From: Amoebidium appalachense
Taxonomy: Eukaryota; Protista; Ichthyosporea
Direction of reading: 5' to 3'
Length of the DNA stretch: 64,000 bases
Assembly (NCBI GenBank): GCA_963693365.1
Contig: CAVNZM010000017.1
Location: 2,035,027-2,099,026 of the forward strand
The notes under the pieces are model-generated. The model was not told the DNA's origin. It saw only the letters and a list, made by a program, of their open reading frames with translations, and made no database searches. Every line of letters begins with the position of its first letter. The stretch's first letter is position 1. The translations under genes were made by a program, and so were the position numbers. Positions 43,581 to 56,326 of the stretch are shown piece after piece.

Positions 43581-44981
43581 GTTTTGAATGCGGAACACGG
43601 TACAAAGTACGCATACACGACGAGAAGCATGGTGCAGGACACATGCAAAGGCAAACATTCAAGTATGCAACATCAGCCATGTGCACAGTATGCGTCATAA
43701 GCAGAGCCCATCCTCAGGGAGGACCCAAGTCATCAATTGCGTCTGAGTTTCGACCCCTTAGCCCGCGTATATACGACACTCCAACTCAGACAGCAGCATC
43801 AACTGAGCTTGGGCGGGTCAACCCGTCTTGATCAAAGACGAGCAGGGTTGCTTATGCAAGCAAGGTGAGCAAAACGGTGAAGATGTGTGTGCAAACTAAT
43901 GCAGTGCAGCGAAAAATGTGTATGTGCTTACAGATGCACGACACAGAGCAACCATGCCCGGTTGCATGGAAGTAAAGCGGTCTCCACACAGTGGTCTGTC
44001 CTGAAAGGACACCTCTGAAAGAAGACTGGGGGGGTTTTGAATGCGGAACACGGTACAAAGTACGCATACACGACGAGAAGCATGGTGCAGGACACATGCA
44101 AAGGCAAACATTCAAGTATGCAACATCAGCCATGTGCACAGTATGCGGGGGGGGGGGGGGGGGGTAACTCACAGTCTCTTGCCGAAACACCCTGATAGAG
44201 AGCACCATCGTTGAGTGCAATGGTGCAGTTGTTCCACGTTGTGCAGACCTTTGTGGCACTATCGAATCCCCAGTACGCGGCGTTGGAAGAACGGGCCAGG
44301 GATTCGCAAATAGCCGTCGAGGAGGCTGGGGCCCTCCCCGTGCGGTATTGGAGGCTGGGTCCCCTCCAGCATTGGAAGTGGGGTTGCAGAGGGAAGGACT
44401 CTGCAAAGGGAAAAAAAAAAAAAAAAAAAAAAAAAAGACGTCAGTACCGAGGTCACACCCTGAAGTCCGGAAAATGCGGGCGGGCCTAGAGCATCAACTT
44501 CACTCGGAGTTATTCGTTCCGTTTTTCGCTGTTAAGGCAATAGCAAAAAAAAAAAAGAAAAGAAAAAAAGAAAAGAAAAGAAAAAGAAAAGAAAAAGAAA
44601 AGAGAGAGATAGAGAAAGAAGGGATGGGGGATGGAGAAAAAAAGAAAAAGAAAAGAAAAAGAAAAGAAAAAGAAAAAGAGAGAGATGGAGAAAGAAGGGA
44701 TGGGGGATGGAGAAAAAAAAGCTTCACCTGTCCTGATCCAGCGGGCCGCGTACATGGTCGTGCCCGTTTCAGTCACTGTGAACTCCATATCATTCGAGGA
44801 ATTGTAGAACTTGCAGGCGCGGGTAAGAGGGTTATGAGTGAACACGCGGCACTGATCGTTCTTCATGCATTTGTCACGGCACTCAACCTGCGTAACCGCA
44901 GTTGTTCCCTCGAGGAACCCGGAAGTTGGGACCCGACCCAGGAGGAGAGGGAGACCTCCGTTGGGCGCTAGGTTGTAGGCG

Positions 44982-45014
<33 letters not shown>

Positions 45015-45216
45015 GTTCAACAGAAGTTACACGCCTGCCTGACCGTGTGGTTGACCATAGATGTAAATATCTCATGGGCTAGCGCCACGTGCGCTCCCCT
45101 TCCGACTGACTTTATGTCTGGTCTCACTCAATTCATGTGACCCATCGTAAAGGTGTCATGCGTTTCTTTAATAACAACCCCCCCCTCCCCCCCCTTTTTT
45201 TTTGGGGGGGGGGGGG

Positions 45217-45250
<34 letters not shown>

Positions 45251-45310
45251 TTGAGCGTGTGGCAAACACTGGATGTGCATGCGCGTGCGTGTTTTTTTTT
45301 TTTTTTTTTT

Positions 45311-45357
<47 letters not shown>

Positions 45358-46920
45358 TGGTGTCGATCTTACCAACTTGGGGAATGGTCGCGGGCAAAGC
45401 AGATGTTGGGGTTGGCTGCTGAGTAATCGATGAAGAGATTGCAACAACTGCCGAAGCGATACGTGTGGGTGTGGGTGTGGGTGTAGGCGTGGGAGTCTGG
45501 GGAGCACGAGGAATACCATCCACCTCAACTTCGCACATTGAGAGCGGGCGGTCGACCCCCTGAAGCGAAATTCGGACGATTTGGCCGGTGGCGTTGCGGC
45601 AGTCGACCTCGGAAAATCCTCCCGCAGGGGGTGCCTTGTTGGGGGGATGCTTGGGGTCACCGCAGGTGGTCGCATCAACCACGACCTGTTAAAAAACAAA
45701 AAAATAAGATAACATAAAGCAGGAACAAATCCTCCTAAGACAGGATTATAGTTGAATCAAACAAAAACCTGAAATCTGGATAAAGCAAAATAAAACAGAG
45801 CTGCAAGCGAACGCGAAATCGCCACGATGTACCACCGATGCCTTCAGTAAATGTTTGCAATGGTTTTTTTCTTACTTTCTTCAACACTCCATTTTTGTCC
45901 ATATTCTTAATATTGTTACTAATTTTTGCTTGGATGATATCGGTGTGGGAAAACGGGGGGAAGATGTGTGTGTGTGTGTGTGTGTGCGTGTGTGTGCGTG
46001 TGTAGGGGGGGGCAGGGGAGGATATACATACCGTAAACCCATCGAGCATCTCCGACTTATCATTGCGGTTGTACACACGCACACGGCGCACAATATGCTT
46101 AGCCCCAAGGTTCAAGGCCCACCAGGGATCCCTCTCCACCCTCGTCTGTGTGCACGACAGGCGCGTGAAGTCGCTGTCTTGACGACAATCCACGGCGCGA
46201 GATGCAAAGGCCGAAAAATCGGTGCTGCTCTGCTGTGAGGCTTTGAAGCAGGCAATGTTCTCTGTGGGGTGGGAGAGTAACGTGTGAGTATTGGCCCAGG
46301 GGGAGGGTGGGTAAGGGTGGGGGGGGGGGGGGGGAGGGGGAAGGGGGAGGAGGGTTATTTTGAGTTATAGAGTGCAAAGTAGGGGTTTGCAAAGACCAAC
46401 ACAATGCAGAGAGCAAACCACACATAGGAGTGACCTAGGAACCATGACAGAAGGAACTATGCAGATTTGCATATGAAACTTGATGCAAATTGATATAGTA
46501 TGCATCTCTGTGCATCATCAAGTATGCAAACAAACAAGCAAGCAAGCAAAAAAAGAAATAGGTGGGCAGGCAAGAAATGGGGGGCAACATACTGAACGGA
46601 ATGCCTGTGTAGTTTGTCGGGATGTAACCGGTCGTCTCGAGGCCTACCGCTTCCACTTTGTGCTTGGGGAGCGTCGACGCCACAACCTCCGTGCGATATT
46701 TGGCGGGGGGTAGGTCTTTGATGACGTAATATCCTACATCGTTCGTCATTGCCCATGCCACGGTCTCGTTTGTAGCCGTGTTGATGGCGGTGATGTTGAC
46801 GTTCGAGAGAATGGTGTATGTGCCGTTGAGTTCGAGCTTCTTGAGCGTACCCTGAATGGTACCGAGGACTGCACGTGTGTGCAAACACGTGTGTACGGGT
46901 GCATGTTTTGAGGGGAGGGT

Positions 46921-46955
<35 letters not shown>

Positions 46956-47390
46956 GGGGGGGGGGGGAGGGGGGGGGGGGGGGAGGGGAGAGGAAAGGAC
47001 CAGTGTGAGCGACAAAACTTACCGTGCAGGCGAACACAAGAATACAGAGTATTGTCGTGTGACTCTTTTACAGAGTATTGTCGTGTGACTCTTTAAACAG
47101 GTAAACACCCACATGCACATTTATGTTCAACCTAAATGTGATGGCCTGCGCTTTACCTGGTGCCTTATACGTACCGTGTACGACACATGTGCATGCATGT
47201 AGGAACGAACAACATTTTTGAGAGCAACAAGAGAGAAAACATCAATATTTTAAGTCCGTATGAAATGTGTTCACTTCTCATGGGTGGGGTGGTATCGAGG
47301 AAGTAAATCTTCGCACGTGGGTTGGTGGTATGCATGTTTTTTTTTGTTTTTGTTTTTTTTTTCCCGGCGGACGGGGCGGGGCGGGCGGGG

Positions 47391-47425
<35 letters not shown>

Positions 47426-48022
47426 CTCATACTGCTTGCGGCGGAAATAACACCGGAGTTCGAAGCCGTGGAGGTAGGGGCGGCCGTCGTGGTGGCAGGC
47501 CTGACGCCTGTATGGGGTTTAAAGGGTGAGTTTGGATTCTATGTGTCGGTACGTGCGTGCAGGTACAACGTGCATGTGTATGTGTGTGTTGGTGGGGGGG
47601 AAGGGGGGGGGGGGGCACAGGCAAACACACATGCGGGGACACTTTTCACTCATGCCACACACAATTATAGAAGTGTGTGCACACTTACATTTGTTGAACA
47701 TTTCAGTAGCGATACCGAATTTGAACGAATCGCTCACATTGGCGCCCGCCGCACCTTTCATAGACACAACCAGACGTACCCTCTGATACCTCTGAGCATC
47801 GGGCATACGCACAAAAACAACGCCGGATTTTGCGTTTTGTGTGGCGTCCACACCAGAAATCAGACCGGTTGCCGAGTCGAACCGGACCGTGGAGGGTGTG
47901 CTGGCAGCCATGAAAGTCATGTTGTTGTAGGCAGGGGCAGAGATTTCGGGAACAATCTGTGGGTTTCGGATATTATTGTTAGTTGGATGAATGATGGTGT
48001 GTGCCTGTGTGTGTGTGTGTAT

Positions 48023-48068
<46 letters not shown>

Positions 48069-49264
48069 GAGTAGGTGGGTGGGTGGGGGGAGGACAACAG
48101 CACAAAACTTTAAACAGAAAAGCTGCAGCCCTCAAATTTGACAGCAGCAAGAAAGAAATGAAGTATGTCACGGTCACGAGAGTGCAAGGGAAGGTTTGGA
48201 AGCAACAGCAAACACACAGCAACGGAAAGAACGTGCGAAAGGGTGCCCGTCTGTGTGCATGTGCTTGTGCGTGTGCGTGTGGCGGTTGGGGGGGGGGGGG
48301 GGGGGGGGGGGGTCATGCCTGGATTGTGGTGACACCATTGGAACCCCCTGCTTGGAAGTTGGAGAAGGCCAGCAGTGTGCCTCCAAAAGTGGCTCCAGAT
48401 GCACCTCCGTTGGCAGCAGTGGCCCTAAAAAGGTTAGTTGTGTGAGATATATGAGAGGTATACTTGAGACATGTGTTTGAGTGGAAGATACATGTAGAAT
48501 TGTATAAATAAATAAAAAATAAGGCACGTGTTTACTTGAAGGCGTGAAGTGCAAAATATATCAAAAATATGCAAGAATTGTGTTTTTGGTTGGTTAAAAG
48601 TTTGTGAGGAGCGCACAAACGAGAGGAATGGAGCAAGCGTGCGAGCCTAAAAGAGAGAGAGAGAGAGAGAGAGTGGGGGGGGGGGGGGGGGGGGGGGTAC
48701 TTGTAACCGGCGAAGCTAATGATGATCGTGAAGTTCGTAACCGGTCGGGGAACGGTAGTGACCTTAACCGTTGATGCCCACTCATAATCGAGATTTGCAA
48801 GATTGCCGTTGCCCTGGGCAGCAACCACATCGGGATCGGGACGGACCGGCGATGGCAAATTGGGAGCGACGAAAGGACTTGCTCCCACGACCATGAAGGC
48901 GATCTGAACGGAGCCTCCAAGACCGTCCGGGACGGTGGAGAGAATGTTGTTACCGGTGTAGCGGTAGAACGTCGTGTTCCAGAACTGAACGGTACCGTTG
49001 TACTGTTAAAAGAGTTTGGAATGATTAGTATGTGGCAATGTCTAACCCAATGGGGAAGGGAGGGGGGGGGGGGGAGAGGGAAGCTCGATTGTACACATCA
49101 GGTGTTGGCTTAGGTGAAAGCTAAGCACTCGATCAAAGACCACAGCGACATAAACACAAAAGAAACAAAAACCAAAATAATAGTCTATCGGGACACAGGC
49201 AGAAGGCACTTGAGCAGAGCACATCAAATGGAGGGGGTTTTTTCTTTCTTTCTTTCTTTCTTTC

Positions 49265-49333
<69 letters not shown>

Positions 49334-49770
49334 GGGGGGGGGAGCAAGGGGGGGTTTGCTTACCGAATCAACACACGAAGGTGTGATGGGGGATGGGGTG
49401 GCCGCGGCGGTGGTGGTGGTGGTGGTTTTAACCCCAATGGGAATGACTGCTGTCTGTTCAGGAACGGTGGTGGATGTCGTAGGAGCAATGGTGACGACGG
49501 CACTCTCCTCCGGCGCGACGGGGCCTGTATGTGTGGTTTTTAGGTCAGCATCTGTGTCTGTGCGTGTGAGCACCTATGTGTACGTGTCAGCATCTGTGTC
49601 TGTGCGTGTGAGCACCTATGTGTACGTGTACGTGATTGTGCAGACTCGAGAAACAAAAAATCAACAGCTAAGAAACGGTGTATCTGTAAACCCCTTTCGA
49701 AGTTGCGCCTATTTGCCACGTGTTTTCGGCAAGGGCATTTTGCACAACCCCCCTCCCCCCCCCCCCCCCA

Positions 49771-49802
<32 letters not shown>

Positions 49803-52396
49803 ACTTACAAACCACTCTCTCGGTAACGATGGCAAAGCCAAACAAATCCTGCATATCAACGGCGCCCAAAATAGACACGCTCACCACGCGGAACGTGATC
49901 TTCGTGTGCCTATCCGTATCGGTGAGCTTGATCATCCCGACCGTCGTATCAACATCGATCGCCGTTCCTCCCGGAGCTGCCTTGTCCGGAACGCCGGCAT
50001 AAGTACCGTCCGCATATGTGATCGCGTTAGTGCCAGCGTTAGACCCGGACTGAACAACCAACCCCGGGCCACCCTGAAGAGCTCGCCACGCCGTCAAATC
50101 ACCCACGGTTCCGTTACTATCCGCAGTGAAGATTATCTTCGTGGAACCGGTTTTCTGTCCAGAATAGATATCCGTAAACGCGAGATATGTTCCGCCGAAA
50201 GTGGCTCCGTCCGAAGGCGCGCCACGAGCCGAAGCCTTATAGTTAGTGAAATCGAGCTCGACGGTGAACTGAACGGCGTTCGTTTTGGCTTCGAGAAGAC
50301 GGATGGAGTTACCCTGAGTCCACGTAAAGTTATTTGTGAGGAAGTCACCAGTGTTCTTAACAGCGGCGTAGTGTTGGTCGTTCGGGTCCTTGAAGGGGGG
50401 GATGTCGAAGGGGTTGGGCATGACGCTTGAAAATTTGACGCCGATGGAACCCCCCAGGCCGTCGTTGACCTGGACCGTCTTGTTGAGCCCCGTGTAGGTG
50501 AACCCCTGGGTGTCCCAGAAGGTCATGTCGCCGGTGGGGTCGCACACGTTGTCTGCAAGAAGGAAAAATGTCAGTATTGAGCCCCCACCTCCCAAATAAT
50601 CTCGATCGGTTTGGGTTTTTGCAGTACAGGGGTTTCTGCTGTGTTGCGGTCTTAGTGCAGTAATTGGGAATCGGGCTGAAAAGGGGGGGTATAAATTATA
50701 TCATTATATATATATATATATTTCCCCTTCGTGAATGGCATATACATAAAGACGCGAGGTGCGAGTATTTATAAAAGTGACTGTGCGATCAAAGACCCGC
50801 AATGTTGGTAACTGTGTAGCTTCCTACACAGAGCTCGAATGCACTCCCTCTCCCTCCCTCCCTCTCCCTATATCTCTCTCAATCTCTTCTGCTCCTCCTC
50901 CTCCTCCTTCTACTACTTTTTCTTTCGGGAGGGAGAGGGGTTTCTTACTTGTGAAAGTGAAGCTGCTCGAATGATGCTCACCGACACCTGCGGAGGGAGA
51001 CACGCATAAAAGAAGAGTCAGAGAATTTAACCAGTTAGTCGTCTTCAAGCCGTACAAGAGAAGAAAAAAAAGAAAAAAAGGGGAAAAAGGTCGAGAACGT
51101 CCATGTGCACATTGGTGACCATTTATCACCTGCAGCTACAGCCAAATACAATCCTTGCACCTTTTCTATTGCTTCTCTTTCCTACCCCATCTATACCATA
51201 GGTCATTACCCAAAGAGGGGATGGTGGGGTGGGGCGGGGTAGGGTTGGTTGAGGTAATGCCGGAGTGAGTGACGGAGGGGATGGGGTGAGTGTGGGTCTG
51301 GCAGAAGGGGTGGGTTGGGGAGGGATGGGGAGAGGGGGAGAGGGGGGGGGGGGGGGGGGGGTTTGAATGCGTCAAAAAGTACGAAGTACACAAGAACAAA
51401 CGGATAACACGATGCAGAATGCGGGGGGGGGGGGGGGGGGGGGGGGGGAGGTGGAGAAAGGGGACACGCACAGACGACGTTCTCAGTAGCAACAGCAATG
51501 GAGAACAGATCTCCCATGGTCGAGTTTGGTGCAGCCTTGCTGCGAACAGTAAACGTGACGGTCTGATACCCTTCATCCTCAGGAAGACGAAGCAGGCCAA
51601 CGGTCGTGTCAACGTCAACCAGAGATCCGCCGGGGGCGGGGGTGTTGGGGTAACCCCTCATGAGACCGTTTGACCAATAGAGTTTGTTGGTGCCTGCGTT
51701 GGCTCCAGACTGAACGACCAAGCCGGACCCACCCTGAATCAGAGTCCACTTGGAGTAAGTAGCACCGGCCATGGTGAAGGTGACGTTCGTCTGGCCGACG
51801 GCTTTTCCGGAATAAATATCGGAAATACCGATATATGTTCCGGGGAAAGTCTGACCATCGGTCGTGGCACCCGCGGCTGTACCCTTGTAGTTGGTGAAGT
51901 CGAGGGTGACTTGGATTGCCGCGGTCGCAGCGTCAGCTTCTTGCATACGAATCGCGTTTGCAAAATCCCAGGTAACGTTGTTTGCCGGGAACTCACCCGT
52001 TCCCTTAACAGCGCTATAGTACTGTTCGTTCAGGGAGGCAAATGGGTTAATTTGAAACACGTCGGTGGCGGCGGAGGCAAAGGTGAGCCCGATCGAGCCG
52101 CCCAGACCGTCCGGGATCGACAGAGACTTGCCGATGCCGGGGTATCTGTACGTGGCGGGGTTCCAGAACTTGAGCGTGCCCTGTGGGTGTGTTTCTAATC
52201 AGTTCTTTTTCTCTTATGGACGTGTTGTAATCCAAAAAGCACCCCACCATAACCTTTGCAATTATATTTTTTCAATGCCTCTGGCCGGTACCATGCGTGA
52301 ATAGAAAGATGTACACTTATCTCCACGTTCCCAATTCTTTCTCCATCTCTCATTCCTCCGTATATCGTTCGATCAAGTACACACACACACACACAG

Positions 52397-52427
<31 letters not shown>

Positions 52428-53468
52428 AGGCAGCTAACGGAAAAATGTCAGGGTGGCGGTGGTGGTGGAGGGGGGAGAGGGGGGAAAGGGGGGGGAGGGG
52501 GGGGAGGGGATGTCTTACCGAGTGGGTGCAAGCACTAGCCGTGGTGGCGGGGGCCGGGGCGGGAGTGGTGGTTGCGGGGGCCGGGGCGGGAGTGGTGGTG
52601 GCGGGGGCCGGGGCGGGAGTGGTGGTGGCGGGGGCCGGGGCGGGAGTGGTGGTTGCGGGGGCCGGGGCGGGAGTGGTGGTTGCGGGGGCCGGGGCGGGAG
52701 TGGTGGTTGCGGGGGCCGGGGCGGGAGTGGTGGTTGCGGGGGCCGGGGCGGGAGTGGTGGTTGCGGGGGCCGGGGCGGGAGTGGTGGTTGCGGGGGCCGG
52801 GGCGGGAGTGGTGGTTGCGGGGGCCGGGGCGGGAGTGGTGGTTGCGGGGGCTGGGGCGGGAGTGGTGGTGGCGGGGGCCGGGGCGGGAGTGGTGGTGGCG
52901 GGGGCCGGGGCGGGAGTGGTGGTTGCGGGGGCCGGGGCGGGAGTGGTGGTGGCGGGGGCCGGGGCGGGAGTGGTGGTTGCGGGGGCCGGGGCGGGAGTGG
53001 TGGTTGCGGGGGCCGGGGCGGGAGTGGTGGTTGCGGGGGCCGGGGCGGGAGTGGTGGTTGCGGGGGCCGGGGCGGGAGTGGTGGTTGCGGGGGCCGGGGC
53101 GGGAGTGGTGGTTGCGGGGGCCGGGGCGGGAGTGGTGGTTGCGGGGGCTGGGGCGGGAGTGGTGGTTGCTGCCGCCGCAGTGGTGGTCGTGGGGCCTGTT
53201 GGCGGAAAAAATAAATATATAGATATAGACATTAGAAAAAAATATGTATACAAATATGTATACATGTGTGTGTGTGATGGAGTATATAAATGGGTGTAAT
53301 ATCACAGAAATATGAATGTTTCTTGGGCGCGCGCGTGTGTGCGCGTGTGTGTCAGAAATGGATATGACAGAGAAAGGGAAGTGTTCAAGTTGGGGTCGTG
53401 CATGTGGGTTTCATGATATGATGGAGCTTTAGAGGTAAGAATGTGCCACGGAGCACGAAGAACACATT

Positions 53469-53504
<36 letters not shown>

Positions 53505-54454
53505 TTTGGGGGGGGGGGGGGGGGGGAGAGAGAGAGAGAGAAAGAGAGGGAGAGAGAGAGAGAGAGAGAGAAGGGGGAAACGTACATGTGATCTGCTCGG
53601 TGGCCACAGCAAACCCAAGGAGATCGCTCATCGGCGACGATGCATTCAGGGCCTGACTGGTCACCGTGAACTTCACCTGAGTGTAAGTCTCATCGAACGG
53701 CATTCTGAACAGGCCTACCGTAGTGTCCACATCCACACCGTTTCCGCCAATCGCCGGCTGGTTGGGTACGCCCGTAAGTGCGCCGGTTGCGGGGTTAAAC
53801 TTCAACGCGTTAAGAGCCGCATTTGCACCGGTGCTGACAACGTGACCCGGACCGCCCTGTACAAATGCCCACTTGCTAAATGTAACCCCCGTCGACGCGA
53901 AAGTGACCGTTGTTGTTCCGGTCCCCAAGCCGGAATAAATATCGGAAATCGCAATATAAGTACCGCTAAACGTCTTTCCGTCGGCCGAAGCGCCTGCCGC
54001 TGACCCCTTGTACGCCGCGAATTTCAGTGTGACGTCAAACGTCATGGTTTGACCGACCTGTTCTTGCAAACGCAGCGCAGTAGCATTTGACCATGCCATA
54101 TTTGACAAGGCGAAATCGCCCGTACCGGCGACCTTATTGAAAAACGGGTCGTTTGCGGATGCAAATGGACTTATGGTGAACGGACTCGCTGATGCGGAAG
54201 AGAAGGTTACGCCGATTGTCCCGCCGAATCCGTCGGCGATGGATGCGGATTGGCCCAACCCCGGGTATGTGTATCCCGTTGGGTTCCAGAACTTCAAGGT
54301 ACCCTGCAATAATGTGTGACACTCAGTACCAAAAACACAAACACAAAAACATAAACACAAACACAAACACAAAAACAAACAAACAAACAAACAAACAAAA
54401 AAAAGTAAATCACTCCAATATCTAGGTATATTAATCACTTCAGAATATGCATAC

Positions 54455-54490
<36 letters not shown>

Positions 54491-55316
54491 AAAAGGAGAG
54501 CGAGAGAAACAAAATGCAATTGCTCCATCAACCAGGTATATAAATTACTTCAAGATATATCACCCATAAGCCCATATATCAAACATGGTTTTGAAAAATG
54601 GTGTTCCAAAATCACACAATCACGTCATCTGCAATAAGGCTTCAGTGAATTCGATGTGAATTCGATCATCCCCCCCCCCCTCCCCCCCACACACACACAC
54701 AAAAAAAAAAAAAGTATATTGAGTCTGATAATGGTTTTGGACGGGAAGTTGTGTGCAAAAACAACAAAGGCTCTTGCAAATCACACAAGATGTATCATCT
54801 TGAAAATCCATGAAATTTCGACACCGCACCATTCCATACACCTAATGATAATGTGCTACAATATGTACCGATCTTTGGCATCCATCTCCGGCCGCTGGTG
54901 CAGCTTTGGCCACTGAAAAAAACAAAAAAAAAATAGTTAGAAAAATGACAAGGGGCATACCATCCTGCTTATGGTTTACGCTTACTTGCAGAATGGTGTA
55001 CACTACGTCATTTAAGATGGGTACAAGAGATCGAAATTGTATATCACACAAGTCCTACAAGGGCAAACGGTATCACCAGTTCACAGTTTAACGTGTCAAG
55101 GCACTAGCACACATATGTGTGGGTGGCGCTTGTATGCAACCATCCCGTTGTCTGTTACCCTTTCTTTCTGACTCGTCCCTCTCATGCTTGCTCCAACATT
55201 TTCACGTTCCAATTCCGAAGTTTATTTTATTCGGTTTTTTTTTTTTTTTTTTGTTTCCTTTGTCCCGTGGTCGAGATGGGCGGAGGGTGTGTGTGTGTGT
55301 GTATGTGTGTGTGTTT

Positions 55317-55359
<43 letters not shown>

Positions 55360-56326
55360 TTACCAGGTGTAGCAATAGTGGCTGCTGGCGAAAATAGCGT
55401 TGGAGGAATAGGAAAGCCTGGTCAGTAAGAATTTATACTGTTGAAATTGGAAACGACACACCAGGACCACAGTAAGCACAGCACCGTTACATTTAGGCGT
55501 GCACACGCAAGGAACACATGCCGGAACATGCAGTAAAACTCTAGCACGATACATATCATTTGGAAAAAATGGTCTAGCTACACTGATAAAAGCGAGTCCT
55601 TACACTGACCTATTGATCGGGTTCAGTGCGTGTCATCTGCCACCGCAGATTCCCAAGTGGTTGGCATCACCACACGCAGGTGTCAGATAAAGGTGCAAAA
55701 AGAAAATTTAAAAACTAGCAACCATGGAAAGGACATGGTGATGCAAGATCCCAAAAAAGAACTTGCTATTTTGGTTAGACCACTATGACAAATTCTTTGG
55801 TGTGATGTATTTTTTTTATGCGGCACAGAATAACAGTGTGCATCTAGATGCGACTCCAAAGCAAACATGTTGTCAGAACCCCTCCGCTCTTTCACTCCTA
55901 AGTTGGCGCTTGAAACGAGTTATTACATCTCTATTCCCTAATCGAGACACATTTTCAACGCCAGTGTAAGCACGTAACGAATATCATAAACACTACAGGA
56001 TACCCTGCTGTTCATGCAGTTTAGGCAAACTTACATAGACACACACATAAACGCGAACTAGGTAGCCTCTATCACACGAGCAGATGCGCAGGCCTACCCG
56101 CACCAACAAGCGTGCGCACATACATGCACACGCCCACCCCCACGCGCACACACATACAAAAACCATGTCCACCACCACATACACGTCCACACCTAAGGGC
56201 AACAACGGTGTATGTGGGCCGTAGAGTCCTAGTGGCACGGAGGCAAGTTTTATGCCCACCTGTTTGTGCGTTCGTCAGGCCGCCCTGAAAGCCCAAAAGC
56301 AGGAGGGCTAGAAGTGTTGCCTCCAT
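39838..56326 (-). CDS. Large secreted mosaic glycoprotein (~2376 aa, 23 exons): signal peptide, 4x unknown ~240-aa domain with mucin linkers, Cna-B/SdrD-B-like, F-type lectin, 3x PAN/Apple-like, F-type lectin, RRRR-spacer-RRRR, EGF + Ca-EGF-like, unknown C-terminal domain
   Basis: Exons in transcript order: 56260-56326, 55364-55417, 54869-54912, 53586-54303, 52519-53195, 51472-52180, 50982-50987, 49809-50552, 49364-49524, 48701-49002, 48319-48424, 47689-47956, 47433-47507, 46593-46868, 46032-46261, 45373-45685, 44728-44982, 44173-44400, 42890-43150, 42222-42460, 41356-41908, 40325-41058, 39838-39948. Phases join without stops (7131 nt). Starts MEATLLALLLLGFQGGLTNAQ; FTP motifs QSST...ASRAVD...PWW...LSMCEVEV; EGF CNCNAGYSGNGTMC, DDNEC...CTNTAGSFTCAC. 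Confidence 0.88.
43582..44147. repeat. Dispersed intronic repeat, copies B (43582-43719) and C (44035-44147)
   Basis: B and C look identical over their shared ~110 bp; both closely match copy A at 18076. Confidence 0.9.
52537..53157 (-). repeat. Coding 27-bp minisatellite, 23 units of PAPAPATTT (mucin-like stalk)
   Basis: Unit gcgggggccggggcgggagtggtggt(t/g) on +; lies within exon 52519-53195. Confidence 0.95.

Noticed and set aside
43705-43760. Hammerhead ribozyme (minus strand has CGAAAC...GUC...CUGAGGA)
   Set aside because: A short stem III is possible, but stems I and II cannot be formed from the local sequence.
52445-53305. Four long alternative-frame ORFs over the 27-bp repeat, and a possible CRISPR-like reading
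   Set aside because: The unit has no stops in most frames and there are no unique spacers; only the PAPAPATTT frame fits the splice phases.
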